Below, one piece after another: positions 49,042-59,200 of a DNA stretch of 64,000 nucleotides. The number at the start of each line of letters is the position of its first letter. The stretch's first letter is position 1. The DNA comes from an uncultured virus (IMG/VR IMGVR_UViG_3300022555_000035) (Duplodnaviria; Heunggongvirae; Uroviricota; Caudoviricetes): the IMG/VR virus record IMGVR_UViG_3300022555_000035; one strand, given 5' to 3'. The position numbers were made by a program, and so were the translations under genes. The notes under the pieces were generated by a model. It was not told where the DNA came from, ran no database searches, and saw nothing but the letters and a program-made list of their open reading frames with translations.

Positions 49042-50595
49042 ATGGCGCAGGAAAGAATTACAGTTGAGAACAGTACGCTGTTGAAAGATTCCTATGAAGG
49101 AACTGGTGGTTTTCAAGACGGCTCGTACCTAGCACAGCATAAGCGAGAATACATTACCAATTATCAGGTAAGACAAAGTCTTTGTTATTTTCTTAACTAC
49201 ATGCAACCGATTGTCAATTCCCACGTGAATCCGCTTTTCAGAACGTCACCTACCAGAAACTGGGCAGGTAAAGCTGCAGGTACTAGTGATGGTATTACTG
49301 CTACTACTCAGATGACTACTACTAATGCAAGTGGTGCCCCTTCTGGAGGAGCGGGAGCAGGAAGCAGTGCTTACTGGGATGCTTTTGTCAATGACGTTGA
49401 TATGCATGGTACAAACTTGACATCCTTTATGAAAAGGGTAGCACAAGCGGCAAAGTTGTATGGTGTCTGCTTTATTGTCTGTGATAATGTACCAGAACAG
49501 CCGGCTACACAAGCTCTTGCGCTTGCTACAAGATCATTCCCATATGCATATATAATTGAGAAGCCAAGAATTACTTCGAGTTCGGTTGACCGTGCTGGTC
49601 GCTTGGTGAGTATTACTTACTCCGAAAACTTCAACCCAATTGTTGTAAGTTCCAAGCCGGGAGATCAGCAGTATCGCACATGGAATACAGCTGACACATT
49701 CTTGAGCGATAAAGACGGCAACGAATTAGTAGGTCAAAGCAATAAAGTGACGCACGGACTCGGTCTCCTTCCAGTGGTACCGCTGTATGCGCGGTTGCCC
49801 GTACCTGGAAATGTGCTCCCGGAGAGCGAATTCCTCTCGATTGCACGTACAAATCTTCGACTTTTCAACCTTTGTTCAGAGTTGGATGAGCTTTTGAGAG
49901 GTCAAGCCTTCTCGATCCTGTGTTATCCTGGCAAAGATGCGTCATCCTTGACACTCGGACCCAATAATGCCCTCGGATTTGACGGAGTAGAGAGTAGATT
50001 CGCGCCATCATTTATCGCTCCAGCTGCAGCGCCCGCTGACTGGCTCCTAAAACTCATTGATAAACTCGTTACCGAGATGTACCGTATGGCCCTTTTGAGC
50101 CATGCCACTGACGGAGCACAGGCGGAACAACGAACTGGTGCGTCTAAAGCTTGGGATTTTGAGAGTACGAATCAAGTACTCGCAGATTTTGCTTCAAATT
50201 GTCAGTTAACGGAATTTAATTTGGCCAGAGTGTTTCAAGGATGGACAAAACAAGACCTGCAGTTCTCTTGTACGTACTCAAATGACTTCTCTGTCGAAGA
50301 CATTACGAGTGAACTGACTCAGTTACAGACAGCTAAAGGTATTGTGCCATTTGGACTGGCTGCTATCGCTATTATGAAGAAGGCAGTAACCAAGATCCTG
50401 CACGATGTCGATCCTGTTGCCTTGACTGCAATATTAGCGGACTTGGACGCCAACGGGCAGACATATCTTAGTGAGGATACAAAGACAAAAGATACGTCTA
50501 CAGCTGCAACTTCTTCATCTTCTACGGTATCCGGGACAAATACTTCAACTAATAACTCACCGGGGAGTGACATAAGTACTACATCTGTAGTATAA
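49042..50595 (+). CDS. Portal protein
   Basis: Position after TerL, 517 aa, HGLGLLPVV motif. Confidence 0.8.
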   Translation: MAQERITVENSTLLKDSYEGTGGFQDGSYLAQHKREYITNYQVRQSLCYFLNYMQPIVNSHVNPLFRTSPTRNWAGKAAGTSDGITATTQMTTTNASGAPSGGAGAGSSAYWDAFVNDVDMHGTNLTSFMKRVAQAAKLYGVCFIVCDNVPEQPATQALALATRSFPYAYIIEKPRITSSSVDRAGRLVSITYSENFNPIVVSSKPGDQQYRTWNTADTFLSDKDGNELVGQSNKVTHGLGLLPVVPLYARLPVPGNVLPESEFLSIARTNLRLFNLCSELDELLRGQAFSILCYPGKDASSLTLGPNNALGFDGVESRFAPSFIAPAAAPADWLLKLIDKLVTEMYRMALLSHATDGAQAEQRTGASKAWDFESTNQVLADFASNCQLTEFNLARVFQGWTKQDLQFSCTYSNDFSVEDITSELTQLQTAKGIVPFGLAAIAIMKKAVTKILHDVDPVALTAILADLDANGQTYLSEDTKTKDTSTAATSSSSTVSGTNTSTNNSPGSDISTTSVV

Positions 50596-50630
50596 TAAAA
50601 TTAGAAGTAACCCTAGGAGGTATTTTATTC

Positions 50631-51440
50631 GTGGCAAAATCAATAAGTGACGCCCTTGCCGCCCTCGAAGGGCTTGAAGGTGGAGAAGAACTCGTACAGG
50701 CTGTGCAAGCTGAACTTTCCAAGAAGAATAACGAGGCAAAAAATCTTCGGGATCGTTCGAAGGGTGCAGAAACCAAGCAAGCTGAAACCCTAGCCAAACT
50801 ACAAAAAGTCGCAACGTCCCTAGGTATCGACCTTGAAGCAGAAGACTTTGACGGTGTCCTTGAAGGACAAAAGAAAGTTGTTGAGGATCTGAAAAAAGAG
50901 CTTATAGTTGCGAAGACTCAAGGCGACCAATCGAAACAAGAAGAGATTCGCAAAGCTCTTACCGAAGCTCAGGAAGCCAAGGATCAGACCGCTAAGCTTC
51001 AAAAAGAACTCGACAAACGGGCAAAAGAAGTAGCAGACGTCACAGGGAAATATACTACAGAGAAGGATAAGAGGATTGCCATCCTGAAGACACAGGGACT
51101 TACACAAGCCCTTGCAGAGGCAAAAGCCGTAAAACCGTCAGTAATTTCCAAGATGCTGCTGCCGAACGTTAAAGTCGACGAAACTTCTGATGAACTTCTG
51201 TTTGTTGACGAAAAGGGAGCCGAAGTGTCACTTTCAGAAGGAGTCAAAGCTTTCCTAGGAGCGAATCCGGAATTTGTAGTGAATGTACAGAATCCTGGCG
51301 CAGGCACTCCTCCGGGAACTGGAGCAGCTGGAGCTGCTGCGGCCCCGATAAAAGTATCTCGAGCTCAGATGTCGGATGTATCTTTTTACCGGACACATCA
51401 GAAAGATTTCCTCAGTGGAAAAATGGTATGTGAAGAATAA
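50631..51440 (+). CDS. Capsid scaffolding protein
   Basis: Coiled coil, NPGAG near C-terminus, upstream of capsid gene. Confidence 0.75.
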   Translation: MAKSISDALAALEGLEGGEELVQAVQAELSKKNNEAKNLRDRSKGAETKQAETLAKLQKVATSLGIDLEAEDFDGVLEGQKKVVEDLKKELIVAKTQGDQSKQEEIRKALTEAQEAKDQTAKLQKELDKRAKEVADVTGKYTTEKDKRIAILKTQGLTQALAEAKAVKPSVISKMLLPNVKVDETSDELLFVDEKGAEVSLSEGVKAFLGANPEFVVNVQNPGAGTPPGTGAAGAAAAPIKVSRAQMSDVSFYRTHQKDFLSGKMVCEE

Positions 51441-51459
51441 CAATAGGGAGGTCAAATAA

Positions 51460-52584
51460 ATGGCTGGCAACATTCTTAATTTTTATGATCCATTGTTTTA
51501 TGCGCAGGAAGCTCTGATCGTCCTGGAAAAGGAACTCGGATTTGCCTCGCGTATTCACCGTGGATACAGCCCTACACCGCAACAGAAAGGTTCTACGATT
51601 AATATCAGCAAGCCCGGCACTTTCACAGCGAAAGATGCCCCTGGTTCTGATGCTCAGGCCGTAGAAGCTGGCGGAACCACGATCGTCCTCGATACGTGGA
51701 AAGAAGTCAAATTCAAACTGACCGACATGGAACTGACGTTCACCAAAGAAAAGATCGTCTCCGATCACATTCGCCCGGCTGCTTATGCGTTGGCTGACTC
51801 GATTGACCAGCGTTGCGCGGCTATGTACAAAGATATTTACAACTACACCGGTGCGGTCAATGAGCTGCCGACGGCGATCACGGACATGACCAAAGTCCGC
51901 CGGATGTTCCAAGATCAATTGATTCCCGATGACGGACAGCGTCACTGGGCCATCAATAGTGCTACAGAAGAAGGCTTGCTTGCCCTCGCGATCTTCAACC
52001 AAAACGCTGGTGTACCGAGTGCAGCAGCTGAGGCTTTCCTGAAGGGTTCGCTGGGTAGCAAATTCAGTTACGAAATCTTCGCAACCCAAAATGCGCCTTC
52101 GCAGACCAATGGTACGGCTACTGCGGCTAATGCTTCGGGAACTGCCGGTGCATCTACCGTCACGCTCGCTTCTGGCTCTGGCGCGACTCATACTTTCAAA
52201 CAAGGTACGATTTTCACGATCGCTGGAGATTCTCAAAAGTATGTTGTTACCGAAAACCTCGCATTGGTATCTTCGGCCGGCGTATTGAAAATCTCTCCGA
52301 AACTGGCCGTCACTTGTTCGTCTGCTGCGATTACGCTCCTCGCCGCACATTCTGTCAACTTGGGCTTCCACCGGAACGCCTTCGCATTGGCTATGGCTCC
52401 TCTGTCCGAGCTGGGTAACAGCCTCGGTGTCCGCATGAACACATTGAGCTTCAATGACTTGTCGCTTCGTTCCAAAGTTTGGTACGATGCGGATTCCAGT
52501 GAACTGCGTGTGTCGCTGGATTGTTTGTACGGCGTTAAGACGCTCGATCCTCAACTCGCATTCCGTTACATTGCCACTCCTTAA
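51460..52584 (+). CDS. Major capsid protein (P22 coat-like)
   Basis: KGSTINI.KP, IRPA..ALA..ID, N.GFHRNAFALA, DCLYGVK.L. Confidence 0.85.
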   Translation: MAGNILNFYDPLFYAQEALIVLEKELGFASRIHRGYSPTPQQKGSTINISKPGTFTAKDAPGSDAQAVEAGGTTIVLDTWKEVKFKLTDMELTFTKEKIVSDHIRPAAYALADSIDQRCAAMYKDIYNYTGAVNELPTAITDMTKVRRMFQDQLIPDDGQRHWAINSATEEGLLALAIFNQNAGVPSAAAEAFLKGSLGSKFSYEIFATQNAPSQTNGTATAANASGTAGASTVTLASGSGATHTFKQGTIFTIAGDSQKYVVTENLALVSSAGVLKISPKLAVTCSSAAITLLAAHSVNLGFHRNAFALAMAPLSELGNSLGVRMNTLSFNDLSLRSKVWYDADSSELRVSLDCLYGVKTLDPQLAFRYIATP

Positions 52585-52600
52585 GTAAGGGTGTACGGCG

Positions 52601-53008
52601 ATGATCGAGTTTCAACAATACCTTGAGCAGGAATTGCGGGAAGTAGTACGAGAAGTACCGTTAGATTTTATCGAACAAGCTACTCGTACACTCGATGGAT
52701 TTTTTACACAGTTTGCTTCTGCAGAGCATAGTAGGGTAGCAATGCAGGCATTCGAGTACTCAATGGGGGCTCAATTGGAAATCGATTTAGGCGTACCGTT
52801 ATCGTTTCTGCTCACAGGTACTGGTGAACATGGTCCTGATGCTTCTGGATTTATTGTGGAGTCACCTACAAATAACATCCTGTCTTGGGAAGATAACGGA
52901 GTAAGGCGTTTTGCATCTCGCGTATACAACCCGGGACAAGAAGCCCAGTTTTCCGAACAGGATATGGTCGATGCAATTACGGATGCTTATGTTAGTGAGG
53001 AGGATTAA
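52601..53008 (+). CDS. Neck/tail completion protein (putative)
   Basis: FLLTGTGEHGP...L.W......FA..V.NPG; position. Confidence 0.55.
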   Translation: MIEFQQYLEQELREVVREVPLDFIEQATRTLDGFFTQFASAEHSRVAMQAFEYSMGAQLEIDLGVPLSFLLTGTGEHGPDASGFIVESPTNNILSWEDNGVRRFASRVYNPGQEAQFSEQDMVDAITDAYVSEED

Positions 53009-53013
53009 TTTCA

Positions 53014-53397
53014 ATGGCAACTACTGTATACATTTCCGAAGATGATGTAGAAGATGAAGTCCTAAAGGATACGATGCTTATGGCAGATTATGTATTTGCA
53101 TCTACTGAGTTGGAAACGCTCGTCATCAACAGATTTGCGCTTACTGTAGACGTTATTGCAACTCCCCTCCATCTGACAGTGAAAGAGTTCGTGCTTGCAG
53201 TGGCCTACGCTCGACGGTCAGAGCTCAATATCGGAATGGGCAATCGATTAATGGATGGAATAGATGTGTATGCTTACAAGCATAAGATGTATTCTAAGAA
53301 AGTCATTGAACTTGCAGATCGAATTACTCCTTCAATGATAACGGGCGACAGTACCTCCGGTAAATGGTCTCCATCGATCGATTTGTTTAGGAGTTAA
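53014..53397 (+). CDS. Head-tail adaptor (putative)
   Basis: Size and position. Confidence 0.5.
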   Translation: MATTVYISEDDVEDEVLKDTMLMADYVFASTELETLVINRFALTVDVIATPLHLTVKEFVLAVAYARRSELNIGMGNRLMDGIDVYAYKHKMYSKKVIELADRITPSMITGDSTSGKWSPSIDLFRS

Positions 53398-53401
53398 GGA
53401 T

Positions 53402-53812
53402 ATGTGGTTAGTGCTTTTGAAAGACCTGAAAAACTATATAGCAGACCAAGACTCTACGTTGTATTGCTCTATTGGTGCTACAGGTAAAAAGCCTAATACA
53501 TTTCCCGCGATGTACTTTATCAGAGGAAAAGAAACCAATGTAGATTTTCACCAGAACCGCAAAGGCACTTGTGTCATCATTGTGGAAATTTGGGAAAAAG
53601 CTACGGAAACTAATCCTCAGGAAGCTTACGAGAAGCTGGCAGTGATTGAAGAAAAATTCTGTGATTACTTGGATGCGTGGTCAAAGTTAACGGTCGCAAG
53701 AACAGGAGTAGCTGCAGTCATATCGATAAGCTCTTTTCGCGGCGATGGAGAAGCCAATCGACCCTTATGCGCAAGTCAGGCGTTTATTCTTGTAGAATGG
53801 CGTCGTTCCTAA
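53402..53812 (+). CDS. Tail terminator (putative)
   Basis: Size and position before the tail tube gene. Confidence 0.5.
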   Translation: MWLVLLKDLKNYIADQDSTLYCSIGATGKKPNTFPAMYFIRGKETNVDFHQNRKGTCVIIVEIWEKATETNPQEAYEKLAVIEEKFCDYLDAWSKLTVARTGVAAVISISSFRGDGEANRPLCASQAFILVEWRRS

Positions 53813-53837
53813 TAAATTTGAAAGGTAGGTACACAAA

Positions 53838-54620
53838 ATGGCTATTGCAACCACTGCAACCCCGTCAGCTGAGAATCTTATGCTTGGTGCCGGCGTAGTC
53901 TACTTTGATCGCAAAGATGCCTCCGGCAATAAAACAGGTGAGCGTCATCTCGGTAACTGTACGGACTTCACGGTCAACACGACCATCGAGAAAGTCGAGA
54001 AATTCTCCTCAATGCAATCCGCGAAGCGCTTGTACAAATCCACCATCAAAACCATTAAAGCGACCGGCAAAATTACGCTTGATGAATATGATGTCGAAAA
54101 CCTGTCCCTCGCACTGCTCGGCGAAACCGGCGTAATCACCCAAGCTAGCGCCACTGTTACTGCCGAAACTTTTACCGCCCACCTCGGCCGTTGGACCAAA
54201 TTGGCAAATCGTAATATTGCTTCGAGCGGCATTGTTGTCAAAGATGCTGCAGACGTCACTGTTCCGGCCAGCAATTACGAAGTGGATCTCGTCACCGGCC
54301 GTATCAAGATTATCTCTACCAATACCGCTTCTATTGTTGAAGGCGAAGCTTGCAAAATTGCATACACTTCCGCTGCTGAAACGTACCCGAAGATTGTCGG
54401 CGCAGCCACTGGTAAAATCGAAGGCCTGGTTCGCTTCATCGGCGATCCGACCTCCGGTCCGAAATACGAACTGGAAGCCTGGAATTGTTCCGTTCAGCCG
54501 GAAGCTGAAATCGGCCTGATCTCCGACGACTTCAAAAACTTCGTTCTGGATCTCGAAATCCAGGACGACTCCATTGCCCATCCCGATGATCCTATGTACC
54601 GCCTGATCAAACTTACCTAA
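53838..54620 (+). CDS. Major tail tube protein
   Basis: LGAGVVYF, RHLGNC..F, G..RFIGDP..GP motifs. Confidence 0.8.
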   Translation: MAIATTATPSAENLMLGAGVVYFDRKDASGNKTGERHLGNCTDFTVNTTIEKVEKFSSMQSAKRLYKSTIKTIKATGKITLDEYDVENLSLALLGETGVITQASATVTAETFTAHLGRWTKLANRNIASSGIVVKDAADVTVPASNYEVDLVTGRIKIISTNTASIVEGEACKIAYTSAAETYPKIVGAATGKIEGLVRFIGDPTSGPKYELEAWNCSVQPEAEIGLISDDFKNFVLDLEIQDDSIAHPDDPMYRLIKLT

Positions 54621-54664
54621 GAAGTAAAACACTTACCGGGCGAAATAGTAGGAGGTTTAAGCAG

Positions 54665-55477
54665 ATGGCAGCTGTTCCAAGTGCCGATAATCTACTTTTA
54701 GGTGCAGGAGAAGTCTACTATGCAATGTATGATAACTTAGGCGTCGAAGGTACGACTCGGCATTTGGGACACTGCTCTGCTTTTTCTTTGCAAGTCGAAG
54801 TAATAAGTAAAGAGATTCCCTATATTCGTACAGCAATTACTGATTTACCAAGATACAAAATAGTTGGTTTCAAAGTAAAAGGCTCTGTAACGATGGATGA
54901 TATGTCTGCTGTTAACTTAGCAGGCTTTTTGGCTGGTGGAGTAGATTCGTCACATGTACAAGCAGCGTCTACAAATTCTGTTACTCTTCCTTACACAGTA
55001 GTTAAAGGTACATGGATTGGTCTTTATGATACAAATGACATCATGATAAGGCATAGAGTATTTGGCACGCGTTTAATAGATGTGTATGCAGGAGCTACTC
55101 ATTACGTCGCAGGGAGGGATTACGTATATCATGCTCGTGCAGGCTTCTTATACATTCCGACAACATCAACCATGGTGGCAAATACTAGTTTGTATATCTC
55201 TTATGATATACCCGCAGCCGTTATCAATCAAATATCAATAGCTTCTAGTGATCCTAACCCAGGAAGACTTACTTTTATTGGAGACCCTACAACTGGTCCT
55301 GCATATATGGTAACTGTTAAATCAACATTAAATACCTCAACTGGTCCTGTAAGCTTTATCGGAGAGGATTTTGCTTCAGTATCAATTGAGTTTGAAGCTC
55401 TGGACCATTCTGGTAAGATGCTAGATGGTACTACAGGATTTTGGGACATAGTAGAATTACCTCCCGCGCTGGTCTAA
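54665..55477 (+). CDS. Second tail tube-like paralogue
   Basis: PSADNLLLGAGEVYY..RHLGHC..F; GRLTFIGDPTTGP, collinear with 53838-54620. Confidence 0.75.
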   Translation: MAAVPSADNLLLGAGEVYYAMYDNLGVEGTTRHLGHCSAFSLQVEVISKEIPYIRTAITDLPRYKIVGFKVKGSVTMDDMSAVNLAGFLAGGVDSSHVQAASTNSVTLPYTVVKGTWIGLYDTNDIMIRHRVFGTRLIDVYAGATHYVAGRDYVYHARAGFLYIPTTSTMVANTSLYISYDIPAAVINQISIASSDPNPGRLTFIGDPTTGPAYMVTVKSTLNTSTGPVSFIGEDFASVSIEFEALDHSGKMLDGTTGFWDIVELPPALV

Positions 55478-55523
55478 TTGCTTCCAGGTGAACGCGCGTT
55501 TTCAGGAGAGAGGAGAGTGCAAC

Positions 55524-55988
55524 ATGTTCGAAACTGGCGATTTACAAGTTCTATTTCCGAACAGAGAAATCACCCTTAACGGTGAAACAATTGAAATCAA
55601 ACCCTTTCCATTCGGTAAGATTCCAAAAGTAATTAAACAAGCAAGTCACCTCATACAAATAGTAATGTCACTTCCAGAAGGTCTTATCACCGAAGAGGGC
55701 GACATTAACCTAGAAGATCCTGCGACTGCTATTGTACTCGCCTCAATGATGGAACACGGCGGCGGCGTTATTTTTGAAATACTAGCCATTGCTGCCAATA
55801 AACCGTTAGTTTGGGTTGAAGAGTTACAGCCGGACGAAGGAATTTTACTTTTAGTAAAGGTATGGGAAATAAATAAAGATTTTTTTACGAAGCGGCTGGG
55901 CCCAATGCTCCAGCAGTTAAAGCTACCCAAAGGCTTAAAACAGCAGCTTCAGATCCCTTTAGGTGGGGAGCCGTTATCCACAAACTAA
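55524..55988 (+). CDS. Tail assembly chaperone (G-like)
   Basis: Between tail tube and tape measure genes; EINKDFF motif. Confidence 0.75.
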   Translation: MFETGDLQVLFPNREITLNGETIEIKPFPFGKIPKVIKQASHLIQIVMSLPEGLITEEGDINLEDPATAIVLASMMEHGGGVIFEILAIAANKPLVWVEELQPDEGILLLVKVWEINKDFFTKRLGPMLQQLKLPKGLKQQLQIPLGGEPLSTN

Positions 55989-56188
55989 TAGCATCCGGGC
56001 ATAGCTGGTCTGATATCATCAATGTTTATACTTTAGCACAAATTAAGCTATTTTATAAAGAAGCAAAGATAGCAGACCAGATAAAAGGTGCCGATGTGAT
56101 AGAACAAACTTTCATAGGAGCACAAGGTAGTCATGACGGAGTAATTAAGCTAACTGACGCAATGAGGAATACGCGTGCGGAGGTGTAA
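55880..56188 (+). CDS. -1 frameshift extension of the chaperone (GT-like)
   Basis: T-TTT-TTT at 55880-55886; -1 frame open to TAA 56186-56188 (…WGAVIHKLIASGHSWSDIINVYTLAQIKLFY…). Confidence 0.75.
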   Translation, partial: FFYEAAGPNAPAVKATQRLKTAASDPFRWGAVIHKLIASGHSWSDIINVYTLAQIKLFYKEAKIADQIKGADVIEQTFIGAQGSHDGVIKLTDAMRNTRAEV

Positions 56189-56248
56189 CAACCCTATTTT
56201 TATAGTTTGATAGGGTTGTTTTCTATATAGTTTAGGGGGTATTTCAAA

Positions 56249-59200
56249 ATGGCGAAAAAGGGCGACAAGGAAATAAAAGTAGTACTAAATGCGGATCTAA
56301 ACATTAAAAAAGTATTAGCCGCGTTACCTGCATTATCAAAAGCAGTAGAGTCATCTACTAGCGGACTATCTGCAGAGTTGATTAAAGCTCTTAATGAAGG
56401 TTTAGGAGTTATTGAGCAGCATAGTGCATCGATATTAAAAAAGTTTCGGGATGACAAACAAGTAGGTAAAGCTTCTGCGATTAAAGCAGCTTTACCAGAT
56501 TTTAAAAACCCGGCCGACTTCCTGTTGAATTTGAAAGATATGGAGCCTGCAATTGCGCAGTTGAAGAAACTGCTCTCTGATGCTGCCTATACAGATATTA
56601 CACCTGCTGTACTTAACTCGGCAAAGCAAGTAGCTAGTTCTAAAAAGAAAATAAATGACGCTGCTAATAAAGAAGAAGTAAAAGCAACTAAAGCAAAAGT
56701 AGACGAGCAGTTAGCGGCAATTAAAGCGGCGGCAGCTGAGGCAGTAGCTAATGCGCCTACGTTAAAAGTTACTCTCGAAATAGAAGCAATTAAAGCTAAA
56801 ATGGATGAAGCTGCTATTGCTCGGGATCCGAAAGCGTATGAAGCACTACGTAAAACATATGAGCAAAAGAAATTACAAGAGTCACAAGAAATTGCGAAAG
56901 CTACCAAAGTAGAGTCAGATAGACTACTTGATATAGAGAAGAAAGCTGCTGTTGAGCGGCAACGTGTATTAGATAATATTAATCTCGAACAGCGATTAGC
57001 AGCGCAGCGTCGGCGTAAAAAGCAAGAAGACGATGATAAAGAAGCTGCTAGATTGGCTTTATTTAAACCCGGAGAGCGTTTAGATGAAGCTTTTGGCATG
57101 ACTGTTACCCCTCCTTCTACATTGCGTAGAAAAGAGCTTATAGGAAGAGTGTTTACACCCGAAGAAAAAGAAGAGCTTCGTAAGGACGCTGAAGAACGCC
57201 GTAAGGCAATGACAGAGCAACAGAAGATAGATGATGCTCAAGCAGCAAAAGATTTTGCAGAAGAGCAAGCATTACTTGAAAAACGCGAGACGCTTCGAAT
57301 TAACGCCGCTTTGCGTAGATATAGCAGGACTAAAACAAACCAACGCATTATGCGAGATACAGCACGTAAAAGTACTATTGCTGATGTATATCCTATAGAA
57401 GAACTTCCTACATGGGATCCTGAACAGCCAGCAACTAAGCCCATGGGAGCTACCGATAACTATATAGCACATCAACAAAAATATGCAATTACTACTGCTC
57501 AATCGGAAGCAGCTACTTTAAGACTGGTTACTGCTTTGGAAGAGCTAAAAGCCGCACAACAAGGAGTATATTCTCTCGATACCGAAACAAATAAGAAAAA
57601 GTACCTCTATGATGATCCTGGCGTAGCTCCTAAAGTTGCAAGCGACGCGTGGATGACACGTTCTATTCAAACGGCAGCACCTGGCGTAGAAGGTACGATG
57701 ACTGATATACTTCACATGACTGACAGAGGTAAGCTGTCGCAGAAAATGGCTACACAGTTACCTATGCTCCAGAAACTTTTGAATGATCCGAACTTACTAC
57801 TTGTCGGTAATAATATTGCCTATGACGTATACCAGATGATACAAAACGGTTTCCAAGTTCAGAATAAGCCGTTGAATTTGAATACTTTTAGTAATATTAT
57901 ACGAAGCGAAGCTACAGCAAAGCCGCTAGATTTGCAACAACTAGCAGAAAGGTATGCCGCTGATGAGTATAAAAAAGGAGGCGCAAAAGCAGTTGTTAAA
58001 GACTCGGGAGTATCACAGACTACTAATAAAGGACAGAAGTTCTTAAAGCCTACAACTATTGACTATGGTAACTGGGATGCTGAAGCTGCAGTAAGTATTT
58101 ATGCTGGTATGATGAAAGAGCTCAGAGCTGAGCTTACTACTAAATATAAAAATGCGGGTGTAAATCCTGCAGACGTAGATAAAGTAGTTGACCAGGTAGT
58201 TAAGCAGTTAGTCGACCTAGGCGTACGGATGTCTCAAACACTAGTAACCAACTTCTATAAAGAGTCTAGTAAAATAGGCGGAGCCAATCAAGCAGATCCA
58301 CGAATAAAAGAAAAAATAACTCGTCCCGCAATGATGTCTTTCGTAAATGCTCCTATACTTGCTGAGCAGATAAAAAATAATGCTTTACCTGATGCTGCAC
58401 TTGCAGCACTAACGGCACAACAACGAATTGCAGCTGCAAGAGATTTACCAGCACAGGCAATTAAACTTGCTGGTGGTGTAATTGGTACTGATAGTGGTTT
58501 AAGCCCCGCTAATCTTATTAAACAATTAGAAAATCAGATAAACATATATATGCAGGCTCAGAAGGAAGGCAGGCAAGGAAATGTTACGCCTACCTTTTTA
58601 GAGTCTTTTAAACATATACAGGCACAATTTTCTCCTGGTTCTTTGGTAGGACAGATTGACAGGAGTTCTGCCGATCCTAAGAAAATTATTAAGCAATTTC
58701 AATCATTGAAATTATCAGCGTCTATGGTGCCTAATGAGATGAAGCTTTTTGAGCCTACGGTAGAAAAGATCTCAGATAAAGCTAATGCGATACTGAAAGT
58801 AATTGATGAATTAAAATCCATCAGTGTATATATGAATGCCGAAAAGAGTACGGCTTCTAGAAAAGGAGCGGCTTCTGAGTATTTACAATTCACCAATCGT
58901 TTGGAAAATATGAAATCTACTGCTATGCTGATCAATAAGCTGAACACACAGTTCAGAGAAATGTTACTGAGCGGTGCCGATTACGATAGTGCAGCTGTAC
59001 AAGATGTACTGGCACAAATAAAGAAACAGACAATACCGTTTGATAAGCAAATTGCAGAAGCTGCATCGATCACAGTACCAAAAACTAAAAACTTCCCATC
59101 GCTGCAACAGCCTTATGACAATATTATAGATAGAATGTTTGACATGATTCGCGATGCGCGTAGTATCAATGACGTAAGCTTATCTACTCCTAAAGGATGG

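Noticed and set aside
51412..52554. 380-aa antisense ORF over the capsid gene
   Set aside because: Mirror of a strongly codon-biased sense gene; no RBS or recognisable motifs.
54009..54632. 207-aa antisense ORF over the tail tube gene
   Set aside because: Same antisense shadow effect.
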